This document shows positions 40,501-55,200 of a stretch of 64,000 bases of DNA, piece by piece. The notes beneath the pieces were generated by a model, which worked only from the letters and a program-made list of their open reading frames with translations, was not told the origin of the DNA and searched no databases. Numbering within the stretch: position 1 is the stretch's first letter; every line of letters begins with the position of its first letter. Origin of the DNA: the human T2T-CHM13v2.0 reference genome, Homo sapiens. The stretch lies in NCBI RefSeq assembly GCF_009914755.1, contig NC_060939.1; one strand, given 5' to 3'. A program made the translations under genes and the position numbers.

Positions 40501-43500
40501 TCCATTGCATTGCATTCCATTCCATTGGATTGCATTCCATTCGATTCCATTCCATTCGAATCAATTACATAGCAATCCATTACATTCGAGTCTATTCTCT
40601 TCCGTTCCATTCGATTTCGTTCCAATCCATTCGATTCCATTCCATTCGATTCCATTCCATACTATTGCATTCCATTCGATTACATTATATTCGAATAAGT
40701 TCCATTCAAGACCATTTCTTTTGAGTCCATTCTATTTGAGTCCATTCCCTTTGATTCCATAACATTTGAGTCCATTCAATTCCATTCCTTTCGTTTCCAT
40801 TCCATTTGATGCCATTCCATTCAATTCTGTTCTACTCGACTCCAATACATTCAATTCCATTCCATCCGATTCCATTACATTCTTTTCATTTCTTATCCAT
40901 TTCAAGCCATTCCACTCCATTCCATTCCACTCGTTTCCTTTCCATTCGAGTCCATTCCTCTCCAGTCCATTCCGTTCAATCCATTCCATTCCAGTCCATT
41001 CCATTCGAGTCCGTTCCATTCCAGTCCATTCCATTCGAGTCAATTCCATTCCATTCGATGTCTTTCCATAACGATCCATTCCATTCTATTCCTTTCGATT
41101 CCATTCCATTCTATTTCATTCCATTCGATTCCCTTCCATTGGACTCCTTTCCATTCGAGTGCATTCCATTCCTTTCCATTTCTTTCCGTTCTGTACGATT
41201 CCTACCGTTCGATTTCATTTTGTTCCAGTCCATTCCTTTCGCGTCCATTCCATTCCATTTCACTCCATTCGATTCCATTCCACTCGATTCCACTTCGTTC
41301 CATTTCATTGCATTCCATTCTATTCAACTCTATTGCCTTCCATTCCATTCCATTCGATTACATTCCATGCGATTCCATTCGAAATCGAATCAATTACATT
41401 GCAATCCATTACTATTGAGTCCGTTTTATTCCAGTCCACTGCATTCTGGTCCATTCCATTTGATTCCATTCCATTCTATTCCATTCCATACAGTTGCATT
41501 CCATTGGATTCCATGCTATATCTATAAATTCAATTCGAGACCGTTGCTTTTGAGTCCATTCTATATGATTCCATTCCATTCAAGTCCATTACATTTGGTT
41601 CAATTCCATTCCATTCCATTCCCTTCCATTCCATTCCATTTGATATCAATCCATTCGATTCCATTCCATTCGAGCACATTCCATTCCACTTCATTCCATT
41701 CGATGCCATTCCATTTGATTCTATTCCATTAGTCTCCATTCAATTCCATTAATCTCCATTCCATTCCATTCTACTCCAACTGATTCCATTCCATTCTATT
41801 CCTTTCCATTCCATTTCATTCCATTCCATTCCATTTCATTCCATTCCATTCCATTCGTGTCCATTCCACTCCAGTCCATTCCATTCGTGTCCATTCCATT
41901 CCAGTCCATTCCATTTGTGTCCACTGCATTCCATTCCACTCCATTCCATATTATTCCATTACACTCCATTCCATTCTATTACTTTCATTTCCATTCAATT
42001 CCATTCCATTTGATTCCATTCCACTCGGTTTCATTCCATTTGAGTCCACTCCATTCCATTCCATTCCATTCCATTCAGTTCCATTCCATTCTGTTCCATT
42101 CCATTCCGTTCCATTACATTCCATTCCATTCGGTACCATTCCATATTGTTCCATTCGATTCCATTCGAATCCATTCCATTCCAGTCCATTCCATTCGATT
42201 CCATTCCATTCATTTCAATTCCATTCCATTCCATTCCATTCCATTCCACTTGATTCCTCTCCATTCCCTTCCACTGCATTCCGTTCGATTCCATTCCATT
42301 GCATTGCATTCCATTCCATTGGATTGCATTCCATTCGATTCCATTCCATTCGAATCAATTACATAGCAATCCATTACATTCGAGTCTATTCTCTTCCGTT
42401 CCATTCGATTTCGTTCCAATCCATTCGATTCCATTCCATTCGATTCCATTCCATACTATTGCATTCCATTCGATTACATTATATTCGAATAAGTTCCATT
42501 CAAGACCATTTCTTTTGAGTCCATTCTATTTGAGTCCATTCCCTTTGATTTCATAACATTTGAGTCCATTCAATTCCATTCCTTTCGTTTCCATTCCATT
42601 TGATGCCATTCCATTCAATTCTGTTCTACTCGACTCCAATACATTCAATTCCATTCCATCCGATTCCATTACGTTCTTTTCATTTCTTATCCATTTCAAG
42701 CCATTCCACTCCATTCCATTCCACTCGTTTCCTTTCCATTCGAGTCCATTCCTCTCCAGTCCGTTCCGTTCAATCCATTCCATTCCAGTCCATTCCATTC
42801 GAGTCCGTTCCATTCCAGTCCATTCCATTCGAGTCAATTCCATTCCATTCGATGTCTTTCCATAACGATCCATTCCATTCTATTCCTTTCGATTCCATTC
42901 CATTCTATTTCATTCCATTCGATTCCCTTCCATTGGACTCCTTTCCATTCGAGTGCATTCCATTCCATTCCATTTCTTTCCGTTCTGTACGATTCCTACC
43001 GTTCGATTTCATTTTGTTCCAGTCCATTCTTTCGCGTCCATTCCATTCCATTTCACTCCATTCGATTCCATTCCACTCGATTCCACTTCGTTCCATTTCA
43101 TTGCATTCCATTCTATTCAACTCTATTGCCTTCCATTCCATTTCATTCGATTACATTCCATGCGATTCCATTCGAAATCGAATCAATTACATTGCAATCC
43201 ATTACTATTGAGTCCGTTTTATTCCAGTCCACTGCATTCTGGTCCATTCCATTTGATTCCATTCCATTCTATTCCATTCCATACAGTTGCATTCCATTGG
43301 ATTCCATGCTATATCTATAAATTCAATTCGAGACCATTGCTTTTGAGTCCATTCTACATGATTCCATTCCATTCAAGTCCATTACATTTGGTTCAATTCC
43401 ATTCCATTCCATTCCCTTCCATTCCATTCCATTTGATATCAATCCATTCGATTCCATTCCATTCGAGCACATTCCATTCCACTCCATTCCATTCGATGCC

Positions 43501-45050
43501 ATTCCATTTGATTCTATTCCATTAGTCTCCATTCAATTCCATTAATCTCCATTCCATTCCATTCTACTCCAACTGATTCCATTCCATTCTATTCCTTTCC
43601 ATTCCATTTCATTCCATTCCATTCCATTTCATTCCATTCCATTCCATTCGTGTCCATTCCACTCCAGTCCATTCCATTCGTGTCCATTCCATTCCAGTCC
43701 ATTCCATTTTTGTCCACTGCATTCCATTCCACTCCATTCCATATTATTCCATTACACTCCATTCCATTCTATTACTTTCATTTCCATTCAATTCCATTCC
43801 ATTTGATTCCATTCCACTCGGTTTCATTCCATTTGAGTCCACTCCATTCCATTCCATTCCATTCAGTTCCATTCCATTCTGTTCCATTCCATTCCGTTCC
43901 ATTACATTCCATTCCATTCGGTACCATTCCATATTGTTCCATTCGATTCCATTCGAATCCATTCCATTCCAGTCCATTCCATTCGATTCCATTCCATTCA
44001 TTTCAATTCCATTCCATTCCATTCCATTCCATTCCACTTGATTCCTCTCCATTCCCTTCCACTGCATTCCGTTCGATTCCATTCCATTGCATTGCATTCC
44101 ATTCCATTGGATTGCATTCCATTCGATTCCATTCCATTCGAATCAATTACATAGCAATCCATTACATTCGAGTCTATTCTCTTCCGTTCCATTCGATTTC
44201 ATTCCAATCCATTCGATTCCATTCCATTCGATTCCATTCCATACTATTGCATTCCATTCGATTACATTATATTCGAATAAGTTCCATTCAAGACCATTTC
44301 TTTTGACTCCATTCTATTTGAGTCCATTCCCTTTGATTCCATAACATTTGAGTCCATTCAATTCCATTCCTTTCGTTTCCATTCCATTTGATGCCATTCC
44401 ATTCAATTCTGTTCTACTCGACTCCAATACATTCAATTCCATTCCATCCGATTCCATTACATTCTTTTCATTTCTTATCCATTTCAAGCCATTCCACTCC
44501 ATTCCATTCCACTCGTTTCCTTTCCATTCGAGTCCATTCCTCTCCAGTCCATTCCGTTCAATCCATTCCATTCCAGTCCATTCCATTCGAGTCCGTTCCA
44601 TTCCAGTCCATTCCATTCGAGTCAATTCCATTCCATTCGATGTCTTTCCATAACGATCCATTCCATTCTATTCCTTTCGATTCCATTCCATTCTATTTCA
44701 TTCCATTCGATTCCCTTCCATTGGACTCCTTTCCATTCGAGTGCATTCCATTCCGTTCCATTTCTTTCCGTTCTGTACGATTCCTACCGTTCGATTTCAT
44801 TTTGTTCCAGTCCATTCCTTTCGCGTCCATTCCATTCCATTTCACTGCATTCGATTCCATTCCATTCGATTCCATTCTACTCGATTCCACTTCGTTCCAT
44901 TTCATTGCATTCCATTCTATTCAACTCTATTTCCTTCCATTCCATTCCATTCGATTACATTCCATGCGATTCCATTCGAAATCGAATCAATTACATTGAA
45001 ATTCATTACTATTTAGTCCGTTTTATTCCAGTCCACTGCATTCTGGTCCA
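37600..45050 (+). repeat. Three copies of a +15-bp monomer variant (near 37650, 39460, 44850)
   Basis: A duplicated CCATTCGATTCCATT followed by CTACTCG, linked to TTGAAATTCATT...ATTTAGTCC. Spacings are 1809 and 5391 bp. Confidence 0.85.
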
Positions 45051-48000
45051 TTCCATTTGATTCCATTCCATTGTATTCCATTCCATACAGTTGCATTCCA
45101 TTGGATTCCATGCTATATCTATAAATTCAATTCGAGACCATTGCTTTTGAGTCCATTCTATATGATTCCATTCCATTCAAGTCCATTACATTTGGTTCAA
45201 TTCCATTCAATTCCATTCCCTTCCATTCCATTCCATTTGATATCAATCCATTCGATTCCATTCCATTCGAGCACATTCCATTCGAGTCCATTCCATTCGA
45301 TGCCATTCCATTTGATTCTATTCCATTAGTCTCCATTCAATTCCATTAATCTCCTTTCCATTCCATTCTACTCCAACTGATTCCATTCCATTCTATTCCT
45401 TTCCATTCCATTTCATTCCATTCCATTCCATTTCATTCCATTCCATTCCATTCGTGTCCATTCCACTCCAGTCCATTCCATTCGTGTCCATTCCATTCCA
45501 GTCCATTCCATTTGTGTCCACTGCATTCCATTCCACTCCATTCCATATTATTCCATTACACTCCATTCCATTCTATTACTTTCATTTCCATTCAATTCCA
45601 TTCCATTTGATTCCATTCCACTCGGTTTCATTCCATTTGAGTCCACTCCATTCCATTCCATTCCATTCCATTCAGTTCCATTCCATTCTGTTCCATTCCA
45701 TTCCGTTCCATTACATTCCATTCCATTCGGTACCATTCCATATTGTTCCATTCGATTCCATTCGAATCCATTCCATTCCAGTCCATTCCATTCGATTCCA
45801 TTCCATTCATTTCAATTCCATTCCATTCCATTCCATTACATTCCACTTGATTCCTCTCCATTCCCTTCCACTGCATTCGGTTCGATTCCATTCCATTGCA
45901 TTGCATTCCATTCCATTGGATTGCATTCCTTTCGATTCCATTCCATTCGAATCAATTACATAGCAATCCATTACATTCGAGTCTATTCTCTTCCATTCCA
46001 TTCGATTTCGTTCCAATCCATTCGATTCCATTCCATTCGATTCCATTCCATACTATTGCATTCCATTCGATTACATTATATTCGAATAAGTTCCATTCAA
46101 GACCATTTCTTTTGAGTCCATTCTATTTGAGTCCATTCCCTTTGATTCCATAACATTTGAGTCCATTCAATTCCATTCCTTTCGTTTCCATTCCATTTGA
46201 TGCCATTCCATTCAATTCTGTTCTACTCGACTCCAATACATTCAATTCCATTCCATCCGATTCCATTACATTCTTTTCATTTCTTATCCATTTCAAGCCA
46301 TTCCACTCCATTCCATTCCACTCGTTTCCTTTCCATTCGAGTCCATTCCTCTCCAGTCCATTCCGTTCAATCCATTCCATTCCAGTCCATTCCATTCGAG
46401 TCCGTTCCATTCCAGTCCATTCCATTCGAGTCAATTCCATCCCATTCGATGTCTTTCCATAACGATCCATTCCATTCTATTCCTTTTGATTCCATTCCAT
46501 TCTATTTCATTCCATTCGATTCCCTTCCATTGGACTCCTTTCCATTCGAGTGCATTCCATTCCGTTCCATTTCTTTCCGTTCTGTACGATTCCTACCGTT
46601 CGATTTCATTTTGTTCCAGTCCATTCCTTTCGCGTCCATTCCATTCCATTTCACTCCATTCGATTCCATTCCACTCGATTCCACTTCGTTCCATTTCATT
46701 GCATTCCATTCTATTCAACTCTATTGCCTTCCATTCCATTCCATTCGATTACATTCCATGCGATTCCATTCGAAATCGAATCAATTACATTGCAATCCAT
46801 TACTATTGAGTCCGTTTTATTCCAGTCCACTGCATTCTGGTCCATTCCATTTGATTCCATTCCATTCTATTCCATTCCATACAGTTGCATTCCATTGGAT
46901 TCCATGCTATATCTATAAATTCAATTCGAGACCATTGCTTTTGAGTCCATTCTATATGATTCCATTCCATTCAAGTCCATTACATTTGGTTCAATTCCAT
47001 TCCATTCCATTCCGTTCCATTCCATTCCATTTGATATCAATCCATTCGATTCCATTCCATTCGAGCATATTCCATTCGAGTCCATTCCATTCGATGCCAT
47101 TCCATTTGATTCTATTCCATTAGTCTCCATTCAATTCCATTAATCTCCATTCCATTCCATTCTACTCCAACTGATTCCATTCCATTCTATTCCTTTCCAT
47201 TCCATTTCATTCCATTCCATTCCATTGCATTCCATTCCATTCCATTCGTGTCCATTCCACTCCAGTCCATTCCATTCGTGTCCATTCCATTCCAGTCCAT
47301 TCCATTTGTGTCCACTGCATTCCATTCCACTCCATTCCATATTATTCCATTACACTCCATTCCATTCTATTACTTTCATTTCCATTCAATTCCATTCCAT
47401 TTGATTCCATTCCACTCGGTTTCATTCCATTTGAGTCCACTCCATTCCATTCCATTCCATTCCATTCAGTTCCATTCCATTCTGTTCCACTCCATTCCGT
47501 TCCATTACATTCCATTCCGTTCGGTACCATTCCATATTGTTCCATTCGATTCCATTCGAATCCATTCCATTCCAGTCCATTCCATTCGATTCCATTCCAT
47601 TCATTTCAATTCCATTCCATTCCATTCCATTACATTCCACTTGATTCCTCTCCATTCCCTTCCACTGCATTCCGTTCGATTCCATTCCATTGCATTGCAT
47701 TCCATTCCATTGGATTGCATTCCTTTCGATTCCATTCCATTCGAATCAATTACATAGCAATCCATTACATTCGAGTCTATTCTCTTCCGTTCCATTCGAT
47801 TTCGTTCCAATCCATTCGATTCCATTCCATTCGATTCCATTCCATACTATTGCATTCCATTCGATTACATTATATTCGAATAAGTTCCATTCAAGACCAT
47901 TTCTTTTGAGTCCATTCTATTTGAGTCCATTCCCTTTGATTCCATAACATTTGAGTCCATTCAATTCCATTCCTTTCGTTTCCATTCCATTTGATGCCAT

Positions 48001-49299
48001 TCCATTCAATTCTGTTCTACTCGACTCCAATACATTCAATTCCATTCCATCCGATTCCATTACATTCTTTTCATTTCTTATCCATTTCAAGCCATTCCAC
48101 TCCATTCCATTCCACTCGTTTCCTTTCCATTCGAGTCCATTCCTCTCCAGTCCATTCCGTTCAATCCATTCCATTCCAGTCCATTCCATTCGAGTCCGTT
48201 CCATTCCAGTCCATTCCATTCGAGTCAATTCCATCCCATTCGATGTCTTTCCATAACGATCCATTCCATTCTATTCCTTTCGATTCCATTCCATTCTATT
48301 TCATTCCATTCGATTCCCTTCCATTGGACTCCTTTCCATTCGAGTGCATTCCATTCCGTTCCATTTCTTTCCGTTCTGTACGATTCCTACCGTTCGATTT
48401 CATTTTGTTCCAGTCCATTCCTTTCGCGTCCATTCCATTCCATTTCACTCCATTCGATTCCATTCCACTCGATTCCACTTCGTTCCATTTCATTGCATTC
48501 CATTCTATTCAACTCTATTGCCTTCCATTCCATTCCATTCGATTACATTCCATGCGATTCCATTCGAAATCGAATCAATTACATTGCAATCCATTACTAT
48601 TGAGTCCGTTTTATTCCAGTCCACTGCATTCTGGTCCATTCCATTTGATTCCATTCCATTCTATTCCATTCCATACAGTTGCATTCCATTGGATTCCATG
48701 CTATATCTATAAATTCAATTCGAGACCATTGCTTTTGAGTCCATTCTATATGATTCCATTCCATTCAAGTCCATTACATTTGGTTCAATTCCATTCCATT
48801 CCATTCCCTTCCATTCCATTCCATTTGATATCAATCCATTCGATTCCATTCCATTCGAGCACATTCCATTCGAGTCCATTCCATTCGATGCCATTCCATT
48901 TGATTCTATTCCATTAGTCTCCATTCAATTCCATTAATCTCCATTCCATTCCATTCTACTCCAACTGATTCCATTCCATTCTATTCCTTTCCATTCCATT
49001 TCATTCCATTCCATTCCATTTCATTCCATTCCATTCCATTCGTGTCCATTCCACCCCAGTCCATTCCATTCGTGTCCATTCCATTCCAGTCCATTCCATT
49101 TGTGTCCACTGCATTCCATTCCACTCCATTCCATATTATTCCATTACACTCCATTCCATTCTATTACTTTCATTTCCATTCAATTCCATTCCATTTGATT
49201 CCATTCCACTCGGTTTCATTCCATTTGAGTCCACTCCATTCCATTCCATTCCATTCCATTCAGTTCCATTCCATTCTGTTCCATTCCATTCCGTTCCAT

Positions 49300-52200
49300 T
49301 ACATTCCATTCCATTCGGTACCATTCCATATTGTTCCATTCGATTCCATTCGAATCCATTCCATTCCAGTCCATTCCAATCGATTCCATTCCATTCATTT
49401 CAATTCCATTCCATTCCATTCCATTACATTCCACTTGATTCCTCTCCATTCCCTTCCACTGCATTCCGTTCGATTCCATTCCATTGGATTGCATTCCATT
49501 CGATTCCATTCCATTCGAATCAATTACACAGCAATCCATTACTTTCGAGTCTATTCTATTCCGTTCCATTCGATTTCGTTCCAATCCATTCGACTCCATT
49601 CCATTCGATTCCATTCCATACTATTGCATTCCATTCGATTACATTATATTCGAATAAGTTCCATTCAAGACCATTTCTTTTGAGTCCATTCTATTTGAGT
49701 CCATTCCCTTTGATTCCATAACATTTGAGTCCATTCAATTCCATTCCTTTCGTTTCCATTCCATTTGATGCCATTCCATTCAATTCTGTTCTACTCGACT
49801 CCAATACATTCAATTCCATTCCATCCGATTCCATTACATTCTTTTCATTTCTTATCCATTTCAAGCCATTCCACTCCATTCCATTCCACTCGTTTCCTTT
49901 CCATTCGCGTCCATTCCTCTCCAGTCCATTCCGTTCAATCCATTCCATTCCAGTCCATTCCATTCGAGTCCGTTCCATTCCAGTCCATTCCATTCGAGTC
50001 AATTCCATCCCATTCGATGTCTTTCCATAACGATCCATTCCATTCTATTCCTTTCGATTCCATTCCATTCTATTTCATTCCATTCGATTCCCTTCCATTG
50101 GACTCCTTTCCATTCGAGTGCATTCCATTCCGTTCCATTTCTTTCCGTTCTGTACGATTCCTACCGTTCGATTTCATTTTGTTCCAGTCCATTCCTTTCG
50201 CGTCCATTCCATTCCATTTCACTCCATTCGATTCCATTCCACTCGATTCCACTTCGTTCCATTTCATTGCATTCCATTCTATTCAACTCTATTGCCTTCC
50301 ATTCCATTCCATTCGATTACATTCCATGCGATTCCATTCGAAATCGAATCAATTACATTGCAATCCATTACTATTGAGTCCGTTTTATTCCAGTCCACTG
50401 CATTCTGGTCCATTCCATTTGATTCCATTCCATTCTATTCCATTCCATACAGTTGCATTCCATTGGATTCCATGCTATATCTATAAATTCAATTCGAGAC
50501 CATTGCTTTTGAGTCCATTCTATATGATTCCATTCCATTCAAGTCCATTACATTTGGTTCAATTCCATTCCATTCCATTCCCTTCCATTCCATTCCATTT
50601 GATATCAATCCATTCGATTCCATTCCATTCGAGCACATTCCATTCGAGTCCATTCCATTCGATGCCATTCCATTTGATTCTATTCCATTAGTCTCCATTC
50701 AATTCCATTAATCTCCATTCCATTCCATTCTACTCCAACTGATTCCATTCCATTCTATTCCTTTCCATTCCATTTCATTCCATTCCATTCCATTTAATTC
50801 CATTCCATTCCATTCGTGTCCATTCCACTCCAGTCCATTCCATTCGTGTCCATTCCATTCCAGTCCATTCCATTTGTGTCCACTGCATTCCATTCCACTC
50901 CATTCCATATTATTCCATTACACTCCATTCCATTCTATTACTTTCATTTCCATTCAATTCCATTCCATTTGATTCCATTCTACTCGGTTTCATTCCATTT
51001 GAGTCCACTCCATTCCATTCCATTCCATTCCATTCAGTTCCATTCCATTCTGTTCCATTCCATTCCTTTCCATTACATTCCATTCCATTCGGTACCATTC
51101 CATATTGTTCCATTCGATTCCATTCGAATCCATTCCATTCCAGTCCATTCCATTCGATTCCATTCCATTCATTTCAATTCCATTCCATTCCATTCCATTA
51201 CATTCCACTTGATTCCTCTCCATTCCCTTCCACTGCATTCCGTTCGATTCCATTCCATTGCATTGCATTCCATTCCATTGGATTGCATTCCATTCGATTC
51301 CATTCCATTCGAATCAATTACATAGCAATCCATTACATTCGAGTCTATTCTATTCCGTTCCATTCGATTTCGTTCCAATCCATTCGATTCCATTCCATTC
51401 GATTCCATTCCATACTATTGCATTCCATTCGATTACATTATATTCGAATAAGTTCCATTCAAGACCATTTCTTTTGAGTCCATTCTATTTGAGTCCATTC
51501 CCTTTGATTCCATAACATTTGAGTCCATTCAATTCCATTCCTTTCGTTTCCATTCCATTTGATGCCATTCCATTCAATTCTGTTCTACTCGACTCCAATA
51601 CATTCAATTCCATTCCATCCGATTCCATTACATTCTTTTCATTTCTTATCCATTTCAAGCCATTCCACTCCATTCCATTCCACTCGTTTCCTTTCCATTC
51701 GAGTCCATTCCTCTCCAGTCCATTCCGTTCAATCCATTCCATTCCAGTCCATTCCATTCGAGTCCGTTCCATTCCAGTCCATTCCATTCGAGTCAATTCC
51801 ATTCCATTCGATGTCTTTCCATAACGATCCATTCCATTCTATTCCTTTCGATTCCATTCCATTCTATTTCATTCCATTCGATTCCCTTCCATTGGACTCC
51901 TTTCCATTCGAGTGCATTCCATTCCTTTCCATTTCTTTCCGTTCTGTACGATTCGTACCGTTCGATTTCATTTTGTTCCAGTCCATTCCTTTCGCGTCCA
52001 TTCCATTCCATTTCACTCCATTCGATTCCATTCCACTCGATTCCACTTCGTTCCATTTCATTGCATTCCATTCTATTCAACTCTATTGCCTTCCATTCCA
52101 TTCCATTCGATTACATTCCATGCGATTCCATTCGAAATCGAATCAATTACATTGCAATCCATTACTATTGAGTCCGTTTTATTCCAGTCCACTGCATTCT

Positions 52201-55200
52201 GTTCCATTCCATTTGATTCCCTTCCATTCTATTCCATTCCATACAGTTGCATTCCATTGGATTCATGCTATATCTATAAATTCAATTCGAGACCATTGCT
52301 TTTGAGTCCATTCTATATGATTCCATTCCATTCAAGTCCATTACATTTGGTTCAATTCCATTCCATTCCATTCCCTTCCATTCCATTCCATTTGATATCA
52401 ATCCATTCGATTCCATTCCATTCGAGCACATTCCATTCGAGTCCATTCCATTCGATGCCATTCCATTTGATTCTATTCCATTAGTCTCCATTCAATTCCA
52501 TTAATCTCCATTCCATTCCATTCTACTCCAACTGATTCCATTCCATTCTATTCCTTTCCATTCCATTTCATTCCATTCCATTCCATTTCATTCCATTCCA
52601 TTCCATTCGTGTCCATTCCACTCCAGTCCATTCCATTCGTGTCCATTCCATTCCAGTCCATTCCATTTGTGTCCACTGCATTCCATTCCACTCCATTCCA
52701 TATTATTCCATTACACTCCATTCCATTCTATTACTTTCATTTCCATTCAATTCCATTCCATTTGATTCCATTCCACTCGGTTTCATTCCATTTGAGTCCA
52801 CTCCATTCCATTCCATTCCATTCCATTCAGTTCCATTCCATTCTGTTCCATTCCATTCCGTTCCATTACATTCCATTCCATTCGGTACCATTCCATATTG
52901 TTCCATTCGATTCCATTCGAATCCATTCCATTCCAGTCCATTCCATTCGATTCCATTCCATTCATTTCCATTCCATTCCATTCCATTCCATTCCATTCCA
53001 CTTGATTCCTCTCCATTCCCTTCCACTGCATTCCGTTCGATTCCATTCCATTGCATTGCATTCCATTCCATTGGATTGCATTCCATTCGATTCCATTCCA
53101 TTCGAATCAATTACATAGCAATCCATTACATTCGAGTCTATTCTCTTCCGTTCCATTCGATTTCGTTCCAATCCATTCGATTCCATTCCATTCGATTCCA
53201 TTCCATACTATTGCATTCCATTCGATTACATTATATTCGAATAAGTTCCATTCAAGACCATTTCTTTTGAGTCCATTCTATTTGAGTCCATTCCCTTTGA
53301 TTCCATAACATTTGAGTCCATTCAATTCCATTCCTTTCGTTTCCATTCCATTTGATGCCATTCCATTCAATTCTGTTCTACTCGACTCCAATACATTCAA
53401 TTCCATTCCATCCGATTCCATTACATTCTTTTCATTTCTTATCCATTTCAAGCCATTCCACTCCATTCCATTCCACTCGTTTCCTTTCCATTCGAGTCCA
53501 TTCCTCTCCAGTCCATTCCGTTCAATCCATTCCATTCCAGTCCATTCCATTCGAGTCCGTTCCATTCCAGTCCATTCCATTCGAGTCAATTCCATTCCAT
53601 TCGATGTCTTTCCATAACGATCCATTCCATTCTATTCCTTTCGATTCCATTCCATTCTATTTCATTCCATTCGATTCCCTTCCATTGGACTCCTTTCCAT
53701 TTGAGTGCATTCCATTCCGTTCCATTTCTTTCCGTTCTGTACGATTCCTACCGTTCGATTTCATTTTGTTCCAGTCCATTCCTTTCGCGTCCATTCCATT
53801 CCATTTCACTCCATTCGATTCCATTCCACTCGATTCCACTTCGTTCCATTTCATTGCATTCCATTCTATTCAACTCTATTGCCTTCCATTCCATTCCATT
53901 CGATTACATTCCATGCGATTCCATTCGAAATCGAATCAATTACATTGCAATCCATTACTATTGAGTCCGTTTTATTCCAGTCCACTGCATTCTGGTCCAT
54001 TCCATTTGATTCCATTCCATTCTATTCCATTCCATACAGTTGCATTCCATTGGATTCCATGCTATATCTATAAATTCAATTCGAGACCATTGCTTTTGAG
54101 TCCATTCTATATGATTCCATTCCATTCAAGTCCATTACATTTGGTTCAATTCCATTCCATTCCATTCCCTTCCATTCCATTCCATTTGATATCAATCCAT
54201 TCGATTCCATTCCATTCGAGCACATTCCATTCGAGTCCATTCCATTCGATGCCATTCCATTTGATTCTATTCCATTAGTCTCCATTCAATTCCATTAATC
54301 TCCATTCCATTCCATTCTACTCCAACTGATTCCATTCCATTCTATTCCTTTCCATTCCATTTCATTCCATTCCATTCCATTTAATTCCATTCCATTCCAT
54401 TCGTGTCCATTCCACTCCAGTCCATTCCATTCGTGTCCATTCCATTCCAGTCCATTCCATTTGTGTCCACTGCATTCCATTCCACTCCATTCCATATTAT
54501 TCCATTACACTCCATTCCATTCTATTACTTTCATTTCCATTCAATTCCATTCCATTTGATTCCATTCCACTCGGTTTCATTCCATTTGAGTCCACTCCAT
54601 TCCATTCCATTCCATTCCATTCAGTTCCATTCCATTCTGTTCCATTCCATTCCGTTCCATTACATTCCATTCCATTCGGTACCATTCCATATTGTTCCAT
54701 TCGATTCCATTCGAATCCATTCCATTCCAGTCCATTCCATTCGATTCCATTCCATTCATTTCAATTCCATTCCATTCCATTCCATTCCATTCCACTTGAT
54801 TCCTCTCCATTCCCTTCCACTGCATTCCGTTCGATTCCATTCCATTGCATTGCATTCCATTCCATTGGATTGCATTCCATTCGATTCCATTCCATTCGAA
54901 TCAATTACATAGCAATCCATTACATTCGAGTCTATTCTCTTCCGTTCCATTCGATTTCGTTCCAATCCATTCGATTCCATTCCATTCGATTCCATTCCAT
55001 ACTATTGCATTCCATTCGATTACATTATATTCGAATAAGTTCCATTCAAGACCATTTCTTTTGAGTCCATTCTATTTGAGTCCATTCCCTTTGATTCCAT
55101 AACATTTGAGTCCATTCAATTCCATTCCTTTCGTTTCCATTCCATTTGATGCCATTCCATTCAATTCTGTTCTACTCGACTCCAATACATTCAATTCCAT

